DNA of 64,000 nucleotides from Klebsormidium nitens (lineage: Eukaryota > Plantae > Klebsormidiophyceae). Position 1 is the stretch's first letter. The number at the start of each line of letters is the position of its first letter. A program made the translations under genes and the position numbers. The notes beneath the pieces were generated by a model. That model made no database searches. It saw only the letters and a list, made by a program, of their open reading frames with translations, and was not told the DNA's origin. Location of the stretch: positions 62,001 to 126,000 of the forward strand of contig DF236957.1 of the NCBI GenBank assembly GCA_000708835.1. The letters run 5' to 3'. This document shows, piece by piece, positions 49,073 to 59,970 of the stretch.

Positions 49073-52000
49073 ATGCCTTTGCCAGCATCGCCGTGGATTG
49101 TCAGTTGTGGTGGTGACACAATCAAGTTATGGGACCTGGAGAAGAACTTTTGGACTGTTGGCGCAGACGGCTGCCATGCAGCCACAGTGTCTTACTCCCC
49201 AAAAGTTGGGAGTGCGGTTCTGTGCGCCAGATGGAATCACACAAGTAAGTTGCGAGACCTTCTGGCCTTTGAGCACAACGAAGGCTGTTATTTCAGGCAC
49301 CAGAGCTATTCTCCTTGGCCTTTTCGAATCATCTGTATACAATGCATTTTATTTGTAAGCTGGGAGCTGAACATTCACCAACTGCTGCTCCCAAACCCTA
49401 ATTTTCAACCTCTGCGTCTTTCCACTGGTCACAGGGCAGAGTGTAGGCGAGCAATCCAGCTCAAGGATGTTTGAGAAAGCATTTGGTGAGTTTGACTACA
49501 TGTCTCTTGCTCGTTTTCTAATTGCCAAACACTCCAACATATTTTGAGTAAACAATTGCCACTGAATGTTCTTCCAATGTATGCATTTCTGAATTGTTTC
49601 AAGTACTTTCTGATCTTATCCTCTCAGACTATGTTGTGGCAAGCGCGGGCGAAGACCCCTGTATTACCATGTGGACATCTCAAGGCCAGCGGTTGGGGTC
49701 GATCCCAGACGGACCGGTGGAGAAGTCGGAGGTATGTCTAGTGCGCGTGGTTCAGTCATCTGGCTGATCAGACTCAATGCAGCTCTGCTGCGATGTGCTG
49801 CAGGAAAGTATATCCCCAGGAGCTCTGTGGTACTGGATCTTCTCAGCAAAAGCGGTGGTATGTTTGGGGCTAAGGATCGTGCAGCGATCTATTTTGGTGA
49901 CAAGCGATATATGAATGTTTGCTAGCTTTTAGAGTACCAAACGGCAATATCTCCAAAGCGGCAGGGCCGCAAATTCTTCATTGTGCGGAGCCTGAGTTTT
50001 ACTCTTGCTTTGGAGAAGCTTTTTCATGATTAATTGCACAAGGGGCTGGCTGTTTGTCCTCAGAGCGCAGTGTACTGTCAGCTTACCAGTGAGGAAGGCG
50101 TTTGATTAGCTTCTTACATTACTCCAGAGCAAAACGAGCAGTTCAAAGTGGAATCAGATTGAGACCTTTTGGAAAGCCACGTAATGCGCAGTACAAAGTT
50201 CAATCAACTACAATAGATCCGGATTGGTGCAATTATAGGCTGTTTGGGGAGGCACAATGCAATCTCTTCCGTCACAGCCAAGAGCTCCGTAACGAGTCGC
50301 TTCATTGTGCCGCAGCTCTGCCCCTCTTTCTAAGCTTTCAGGTCTTGGAAACATTTGAACGGGTGCTGAACAGCTGCTTCATGCCAGCTTGTTGGCCAGT
50401 CAATATTACCTCCTGCTATTCGGCTTTCAGGCTTAAAAACTGCACACAAGTTGACCAGTAATGGAATGAGGCAGACACAGGAACAGATACTCTGCTAAGG
50501 TTTTGGATTACCCTGTGCTTTAAAAATTGGACGGCTAAGATTGCGGCTAGGATTTGACCCTTCCTTCTGTGAGAGAGGCTTGACTTCTTGAGTCTGATAA
50601 GGTGTTTAAAAGATACAACAACGGCTTATAAATTGACCACTGGCGTCGAAGACCAATCGTTCTACATTTATCAGCAGTTCTAAATAAGAGGGCTATAAGT
50701 ACCTGCACTTTGAGAAGATGGGAATCATATCAAACTCTTCATTGGCAACTTCGAGGAGAACTACTGCGCTGTGCTTCTGCCAGGGTTCAGCACATCCTGT
50801 TATCAAAGGACACCTCCACTTTCTCACGGCTCCGAAGTCCACAGAAAGCGCGCTTGAACACACTTCAATGAAGTTTGTCTACGACGGGCTAGGAGGGGTA
50901 AACAGGCTCTTAAGGACATTTGGTCCAGACGCTACTGGGGAAGACGCTACAGGCTTCGTGATGGAAAATACTCATCTGGAAACGTCTCGTTTGCTCAGGA
51001 GAACATGCACGCACCGTGCTTCAGCCAAGTAGTGTACCGCCAAGGGGATTTACCAACTTTTGGTGTGAATAGTGACTGTCATTCGGGTTCGTATTTCATC
51101 CTTAGTTTACCTGCAGGTTAAGGTCTTTTAGTTAGCAACATCCCTCGAATCATCGTTCAAAAATTTCACGCTAGCCCCGAAATATTTTCGAGTACATTCC
51201 TTGGCGCACCGGATGACAAGAGCCACAGCTCAGTCGCAGGAATCCAATCGACATCCCATAGGCTTCCTCATACGATATACTCAACTGTGAACGTCTCCTC
51301 TATTCAGGAGAAGATGCACGCGCTCTGCTTCAGCCGGCGCTCGCGCATGATGATTACCGCAGGGAGCGGCCCCGTGATCCGCGTCTGGGACATGAAACGC
51401 CGCGTGTGCACGCAGAAGCTCTCCGGCCACACCGGCACCGTCACGGCCGTTGCCATGAACGCAAAGGACGAGCAGCTGGCGTCTGTGAGCGATAAGGGGA
51501 CGCTGTGCCTGCATAACCTGAACTCGGGGGCGCGCGTGGCGCAGCTGAAAGATCCGGAGGGGCAGGTGCATCCTTCAATCACTTTGGTGTGGTGTGCTAC
51601 TTTATGCAGCCTTCCCTCTCTTGCCTTGGCCGACGTGACAAGGCGAACATCTTGGAGGGTCGTTGAAGTCCGACAGTGAACGGTGGTGGAAAAGTCACTG
51701 TACCAGTAGAACGAGGCACAGTGAGGTTTATCGAAGCTTAGTACAATCTCTTCAAAGTCTATCTAGTCCTGTTTGTCAAGTAATTTTGGTTCCCCTTCTG
51801 TCTTGGGGTCCTTTATTGCCTCTAACTCCAACGTCCCTTCTTCGCGCTGCGAACATGCCGGTGCAGAACAAGGTCCTCCTGGAGTAAGAAACGGCTGACA
51901 TACTGCTTAAAAACCTCCTAAAACCGCCCCCCATTGATACTGTTGTTAGGAGTCAAGTTTCGAATCCTCCTCTGCCTGTAACCCGAGAAGTTGTATCATC

Positions 52001-55000
52001 GTATTTTGGGTCCAACCCTGATCACTTCCTTTCGGGTCGATCCTTCTTCAATTCTTTGGAAGAGGCAGTCACCCGAAGCCTCTGAGATTGCGCTCTCACG
52101 CTTTTCCAGCTCTCGCAGGCGCTCCAGGCCGTCGAATACTCGCCCCACGCGAAACACCTTTTGGCGACGGCGGGAGACGGGGGCGCTGTCCACCTCTGGA
52201 ATGCAACGTCCCGCAAAGTCGAGCGGTCCTGGAAACGGGCGCACGCAGCGCCTGTAATGGGGCTCTGTTTCTCGCCGACGGATCCCAAGGCAAGTCGCGA
52301 ATGGAGACTAGTCTGCAATTCGTTCGAGCAAAATGGCTCGTCGGACGACGAAGGAAAGGGGAGGGATGTGAAAATGTGGCTCTTGCTTAAGGAGGGGAAA
52401 AGACAAGAGTCCATGTCGTGATGCGAGTGCACTTATTTAAGTTTATGCAGTTTTGAGTTCTGGAAAAATAGACCAGTAGTGAAGCATGGGCTTATATTTT
52501 TGGTTTCGAGTCGGTTGATTTCTACTTCTTTCAGGCGTAAGTCTGACCAAATGGCGTCAGCAGTCTTGGGCAAGAAACATTTTCCAGGAAGAAGAAGCGG
52601 GGATCTTGCAATCCGGCCGCTTCGAGCTTTTTCATACTGCTTCTCGCGTGGACCGCTTCCTCCATGCTCTTCCGTCTCGTGTCCGACTTGCTCGCTTCCA
52701 ATTTGATCCTCGAAATTGTCACTACAAGATTGTTCCACCCAATCAAAGAGCTCCAGACTTTGTTTTACGAAGGTACAGAAGAACCGATACCAGTCCCGCT
52801 CAGGTGCTGCTGGTGACAGTCAGGCTTAACCAGCGCCTCATAGTCACAAAAGGCTGGCGTTGTAAACAATCACTGACTTTGATTATGTTTCCTCTCATGA
52901 CACCCTCGTTCGACACGTCTTTCTCACAAATTGTGGAACATCTGAAAGAAATGAGACTGAAAGCGGAGCAAAACGCAGCATGCGGATTACCAGGTGACCA
53001 AACCGCAGAATTCGAAAGAAAATCTACTCTCGTTTGCTGCAGGTTCTGGTGACTGTCGGTCTCGACAAGCGCCTAGTGATCATCGACCCCACCTCCAGCG
53101 CTCCCCCGTTCCGCGTCTCTGCCGAGGTGCCCCTCTCGTGCGCGCACTTCAAAGACGACGGCGTGACGGTGGCAGTGGGCACAACGGACGGGCGGATCCT
53201 CTTTTACGACGTCCGGGTCCGGGTCTGGAAGACGCAACAGACGTTGCAAGCGTTCAAAAAATCAGTGGTAAGGTTGTTCACTCCGGACATCCCCAGCTTT
53301 TATGAAAGAATACGTTTTCGGATGTGGTCGAATTGGGGAAAAGTTTAGCAACAGCACAGGTGCGTTTCGGATTTAACCGTCGTCGCTCCAGCACAAAACA
53401 GCCACACATTTCGCCAAGTACTTACACGCTTGCTACGTGCTAGATTAGGCATTAGGGTGCAAGTTGACCGAAAGGGCCGAGCGTCTGAAAACGCCAGCGT
53501 GGCAGATTGTGACATACTTTCAAAGCCTTTTCTTCAACAATCGGTACTGACTTTCGCGAAGGTCTGGATCGGTGCGAGCTACCACGCTGGGACCACGCGA
53601 AGTTTTGTCTTGCTTAGGCGGTACCCACTTTCTGCTCAACCCGCACCATTCTGTTTCTGCAACGTGCGGCCAAACATTACCGAAGCCGGGTTGATCGTCC
53701 TCTCTTTCAGCAACCCCTCAAGGAGCACTCAACGAGGAGCATGACTCAGTTCTTGCATAGTTTGTGACCACTTCAATTTGTTATGTATCACCCCAACATG
53801 GTTCAGGCCTTGTTTAAGCAACTGTTACCTTCGACTTGGTATTGACAATGATCAAGAGCCTCTCACGAACCAGGACCGCCATTTGGTTGTGGCACTCGTC
53901 TGCCCGACCTTCCGCAAGCAGCGAGTAAAAGATGCATCAGAACTTGCCTCTTCCCGTTAGAACAATGCTTAACATTCGAGATCCAGCTTCTGACGCCTCT
54001 CCTAGATGTAAGCACTGCTACAACTCTGCTTTCTTGAGACACGTATCGCCGCTTCAAACCTATTATTAGGCATGTTACTGACTATTAAAAGTTCCATTGC
54101 AGCAAGTCACGTGCGTCCAGTGGCAGAGTTCCCTGCACGCCGACGAAAGCGACGCCGAGCACGCCGAGCCCGCCGCCCCAACGGTCGAAGTCAACTTCCA
54201 GCCCGAAATCGACCTCCGATCCGTTCCCGCCAACTTGAGGGGCACCGACAAGGTCATGGCCAGCTTAGGCTCGGCCCTATTCTCACCGAGGGACAAAGCC
54301 AATGACCTGCACGGTGTGAATGGAGGCCTGCACACGCCAGCGCGTGGCGGGGGGGAAAGGATCCCCAGCGAGATGGACGTTTTCTCCCCCCTCGTAGAGG
54401 TGCAGCCGATCACGCCGTACGTTCCGAAGCACTGGGAGGGCGAAAAGAGCGGTGCTGAATCGTTGCGGGGGGGCGAGAGAGACGGCGGTCTCAATGCCCG
54501 TCTACCAGGCAGCAGGCTGAGCTTCACAGAGGTGGCAAACCGCCCGGTTGACGGGCCAACGAGATCGGGGGAAAGTTCCCCGGGAGCTCGTATGCCTGGT
54601 AAAGACTTCGAAAGCCGCCTGGGGGGTCTAGAAGCGCGCCTGGGGGAGCCCCCCTCGGCGCAGTTGTCGAGCGTGAGCGACCTGCGGCAGGAGGCCAAGC
54701 GAAAGCTTCAGGCGTCCATCTCGGCGAAAGCCGGTGGCGGCGCGAGACCTTTCGTAAGTGCCCGGGAGGAAGAACCGGGCACCTCAGCTCAGTCGTCCGC
54801 ATACACAAGAAGACCCAGCACAGGCGGCTCGAGATCCGGCCCGTTTGACCGAGACCCGCAACAGGACCCCCTGCATAACCCGCCACTAACCACTCGAAAC
54901 CCGTCCCTTGACCAGCTGATGTCAACAACCGGGCTGCCCCCCCGGTACTCACACCTCCCAACGTCGCTCGAAGCTACCCCCGCAGACAGAGCTTTCGGCG

Positions 55001-57441
55001 CACCCCCCAAGCCCGGGACTTTCACCTCCACCATGTACGCATCCGCACGCCTCCTGGCCGATTCTCGAAACACCCCCCCTCCGGAAGCCCCCACCGCACC
55101 CCCCCAAAACGAGAGCCTCTCGTTTGGCAGCCCGGTCGCACCCTCCGACGCCCACAGGTCCCTTCCCCGGTATGACGTCACCCCCTCGATGATCGCTAGC
55201 CCCGCACAGTCGTATGATAGCACCGCGCGCCCGCTGACGTCATCCGCTGTACTGTCTGGCCGGGATACCATCTCCCCGGACTGGCTCTCATCGAGATCCA
55301 CGCCCGACGTGCGGAAAGCGGAAGCTGCCGCCGCACCAAATGCACACGTGTCGATGCGCCCAGACGCCCCTTTTTCGGCCGCCGCTGCCAGCGCTGCCCC
55401 TAGCGTCTCTGAAACAGAAAGCAGCTCCGGCCGGCAGAGCTTCCCGCAGACACGAAGACCGAGTTCTACAGACCCGCCGCGAGCCTCAGAACCCCGGGGA
55501 GGCTTTGCGCATCAAGACGGATTTTCACACCAGCGCGAGAACGGGAGTCCTGGGAGTCGGCGGGTGTCCGACGGATCTCTGGGAGCGGACAGAGGAACGG
55601 GAATCGGACGGAAGCAGGAGTTTGGACAGGGGAAGGACGTCCGATGGCACGAGAACGCGATCGTCGGAGTGGATGCCGACAGCAGGCCGCCGTCGGAGCC
55701 GCAAAGCGTAAGTTTTGGCGTCTGTCCAATTCTTCAAGGGTCTGCTTCTAGCGCCTGTTTTGAGATTGTTGCAAAACGGAGTTCTGTTGGGAGTCGAGAT
55801 CGTCAAGTACGTATTCAATGCGCTGATCGGTTCATGCTCGGTGTTGCAAATCAACACTTGATGCACACGGAAGGTAGATCTCTTTGTTTGATTCATTACC
55901 TGCTGTTCCGCTTATCTTTTGTGGAGCTTGCGAAACCAAAGTTTATACACTGATCAATGTTTCTTAAAGGCTACTTCTGTCCAATTGAGTACAGACGACG
56001 TAGGAGATCCGAGCCGATTTAAACGAGCGGGAAGCAGCGACTTGCCAGGATTGCAGTCTCCCGTTTCTTATCATAACAGCCCCCCTATGACACGTCAACT
56101 TGACCAGTCCATCAGCAAATGTTTTGAGCCAAGTTTTCTGTCTTCCGCGAGTTCCCCCCCTCCTCACCGCTTCAGTCCCCCGGCAATTACACTATCAGTC
56201 AGTCAGCCCTTGACTGAGCGGATGGACGTCCAATCTTCCACAGGTGGCCCCCACGCCGCACGCACAGCCGTTCTCGCTCCAGCTGGTGCAGCGCGCGCTG
56301 GAGGACAGCCTGGCGCCGCTGCAGCGCGCGTTCCATCAGGACGTGCACAACCTGCACCTCGAGCTGCTGCGGCAGTTCCACATACAGCAGGTCAGCACGG
56401 CTTTTTAAAATCTGGGTTGTGAAGTCGTCATGATGGCGTTTCCGAAGCCTTTGGGTCAAGGGTTTGGTTGGTTAGAGCGCACGTCCCACCAGGACGTCCA
56501 CAACCTGCACCTCGAGCTGCTGCGGCAGTTCCACATACAGCAGGTCAGCACCACTTTCGTAGTTGACAGACTTTTGAGCAATTTTGCGGCCCTAATTTGA
56601 CCGATGTCGGAAACAGGGATTAGCGTTTGCGGTTAAAGCGTGACTTCCCTCCAGAGGCTTGCACAACGTGCACCTTGAGTTCCACATATAGCAGGTCAGC
56701 ACCTTTTGAGAAACCAGGGTTTTATAGTGTCGATATTTAGGAGTGTAGAACTTGGAGGGTTTGATTTCTGGATGGAAACGTGCCTTCTCTCCAGGGACAT
56801 GCAAGACCTTGAGCGCGGCTGCTGCGGCAGTTCCTATACAGCACCGCTTTCAAATCCTAGGTTTTCAAAGAATTTCGAGCTTAAAAGCAGGGTTTTAGGG
56901 GTTCCGGATTACGGCTTTCATTGAAGCGCGCGTTCCACCGGATTCCACATACAGCAGAATCAGCACCTCTATCAGGATCATAGGGTGTTGACAGATGAAG
57001 AAAGTGTAGTTTGTGTGGTTTGAGCGGAGGGGGATGCGGGGTTCGATTGCCCGAGGAATCGGGGCAGCCGAAAGCAACGAATCGTACGTTATCACGTGAA
57101 GCGTTACAACAGCTGCAGAAGATGTAATGCATGAACACGAAAAGTGCTGCATACGATTCAGCCTGCCTCCCTTCGCCCGACTTCTCTCGGATATTCATTC
57201 AAGCGCTTAACACCATTCCACCTTGGCCAGACAATCAGGATTCTTAGTACAGCTCTCTTGAGCTCTTCGACCATCTTTCTTGGCCTGATACAATGAATCA
57301 TACGAGTAAGAGTTTCGACTTGTCTCGCTGCAGGGAGAGACGCAAGCACTTGTTGCGTCCATTCTAGAGCGGCAAGCGGCGCTGGAAGAAGAAGTGAAGG
57401 CCTTGAGGAAGGAGAACCAGCAACTCAAACACTTCTTTTGA
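49073..57441 (+). CDS. NEDD1: NEDD1/GCP-WD gamma-tubulin ring complex targeting factor
   Basis: MPLPASPWIVSCGGDTIKLWD...AVLCARWNHT|NYVVASAGED...; WD40 exons near 51309-51564 (IRVWDMKRR...LSGHTGTVTAVAMNAKDEQLASVS), 52110-52289 and from 53043 (VLVTVGLDKRL...VAVGTTDGRILFYDVR); large exon 54103-55707; C-terminal FSLQLVQRALEDSL...FHQDVHNLHLELLRQFHIQQ|GETQALVASILERQAALEEEVKALRKENQQLKHFF*, which matches the plant NEDD1 coiled-coil end. Confidence 0.93.
56320..56970 (+). repeat. About five serially decaying tandem copies of the NEDD1 penultimate exon end plus donor
   Basis: ...CACCTCGAGCTGCTGCGGCAGTTCCACATACAGCAG|gtcagcac with donors at 56391, 56544 and 56695, plus more degenerate copies at ~56840 and ~56957. 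Confidence 0.9.
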
Positions 57442-59970
57442 GACTTAACGGTTTGATCTGAGTTGTACATGTGTTGATACGATAAGGGCATTGTCGAACA
57501 GACCTTGATGGCTCCCAGTGATGAAGCTATACCTCTACCGAACGTTCATTCTCAGTTCCAACCAGAGTTCTTGCTGCCAGTAATTTGAACCGTCTCGTGA
57601 CTCCTTTTACCCGCTACGTTCTACACATCTGAGTTTACTTTTGAAATACCTTTACTGTTAAAGTGACCATGTGCACATACAACTTTGCTAAATCAGGCGT
57701 ATATGCAGTGTGCACTCCCGCCTATGTCATGGCATCAGTCAAGTGCATGAGACTATATTATGCACTAGTGTACGGTTAAAGCTTCAGGGCGGGAGGCTTA
57801 AGATCAAGACTTCAATATAGCCCCGGCCTAGTATAAAGAAAAGTATTCAGGCCGGGGTGAAAGCACAGCTAATTGCAGCTTCAGTGTCATTTGTCGGTCC
57901 CGGTCCGCAACATACATACCGTACTAACTTTAAAGAGAATGGCCACCTTACTCGGGTTTAATGCCAAGTTAAGGTGTCGGGTCACTTGGCTAACCAGCTC
58001 CGATTTTTGGCCCATGAAAGTGTCAAACTAATGTGGGGTCCATTTGTGAGCTCAAACTGACACTTCTTTCTGGGGTTTCAGGATGAACCTTTGTGGGTTA
58101 GGGGAGACCGGCCGACAGGAGTTCTGATTAGCGTAGCCAAGAACGGTACTTCAATGCCGTTGGATTGGAAGCTGGACGGTGTCGATCTTTTGAATCTTCG
58201 ATCTAGGGTGGGGTGCGCTTTGATTAAAGTGACTTCGTGGTCAACGAAGTCAATGGTAAAGGGTTTCAACCAATCAGGGAACGAATAAAATGTGTCATTA
58301 CCGGGCGTACTCGAGATGATAATAAGGTGTCAAATAAGATCAGCACTTTTGATCTGCAAATTCAGATTAATTTCGATCGACACATGCAACCATCCTCAAC
58401 CATCGTATCGCGATCTGTCGTATCAGCAGCCTGGCTGCCAAGAAGTTTTCGGATCAATTAATCATTAAGCAAATTGGGGTTTTAGCCTTTTCAGAGCGCG
58501 TGTTGACTGGAACAATCTCTCTGACATAGTGCAAGCTTCTCAGAACATTTTCTATTCCGACTTGCGTTAAGGAAAAACAATTAATAAATGCTGATCTTAA
58601 AAGTTGGTACGGTACCTACGCGAATCGATCATCATGTGTCCCTGGCATGTGTGACGCGCATATACAATGATGATCGGATACCAGAACGTACGGGTGAGAT
58701 GGAATTGCGGGCCGGGCAAATATATATGCATATCATGCAGCCCGATCTCAATCTCCTGAGGTTCATAAGTAAGACTTCGAATCTCACCATTGGCATCATG
58801 TGATTGATCGCCGTGAGTGACTTGGACGTGGCATTTCATTCTTGTCATGTATGCGCAGATGCGGTCATGGATTATTGTTACGTGAGGCGGCCTTTAGGGC
58901 CCGGGCCCGGGGCGGCAGGCCCCCGGCCCCAGATCTATAAACTTGAAAGGTCAAATACAGGGCGAATAGTAGGTACACCAGGCATCAGATCGTTTGTGCA
59001 ATCAACTGAGCTTTCAAAGAGCGTAGCGCTGCGCTTCATTTTCCAATTTCAATCTGCATTTTTCCGCAATCACATGCACTGAGACCAACAGGCGGAACAT
59101 GCCAGGACGCATATCTCATACCGAAAGGGGATTTATCAGAGAAGCGATATCACAAACCAAAAATACGTGATCATGCGGAAAATGATAAAAACATTGCACC
59201 AAATGAGCGGAAGCCGCGAGAAACTTCGAAATTCTGTAATCAATGACCGTTCAGACTCGGAGCAGCTCGTGTTGGAAGTTCGACGTACAGTAACTGAAGC
59301 TAACTGCTCTTGATTGCAGCTCGCAAGCTGTTGGTTTTGGACCCGGCCAAGAGCTATCTAAGGGGCTCGCAACGCTACTGTCCACCTGACGATTCCCCTA
59401 ACAATCCACTATTCGAATATTAATGATACACTCCCCCAACCGGGGCTGAAGCATTCAACCCAATTTTGCTTCTCATTCTGACTGTCGTATTGCAGTCAAT
59501 CTAAACTCCGACGAATCTGCTTGCTTGACTAGGCTTTCCAGTCCAGATACTATGGTTCAAGCTCAGATGCTTCCCTTCGGAACGTCAATGAAACTAACGC
59601 GGGCAATCTCGGAAAGGCTCATCTAACCCTTTTCAGGCCTTCTCCACATAGCCAACTTCTGCAAAAGTAAAGCACTCGAGCAGTGAGCCAGAGAAGACGA
59701 GGGGGTCCTTTGATAACAACAGCAGAACATGCGCACAAGAAAACCAAGCGCGGTCCAATCGCGAGTCACCGAAAGCTGACGTAAGAGATTCTCTCCAACG
59801 AGGGAGGCTGAGGAGCCAAACGAAGCGAACGAAATCTTGCAAACGGAGACCGAGTGCGACGGAAGCGGGTTCTGTGTAGTTGTCGTAGCGCTAAGTCATT
59901 AGCCATAAGAATCCTTTGATTGACCGGAAAAGTACGGGCGGAATTGGAATGATTACTCGAAGTAATGGAG

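Noticed and set aside
49392-49400. Telo-box-like AAACCCTAA in NEDD1 intron 1
   Set aside because: A single 9-mer can occur by chance, and an identical string at ~16374 is simply COPB2 coding sequence.
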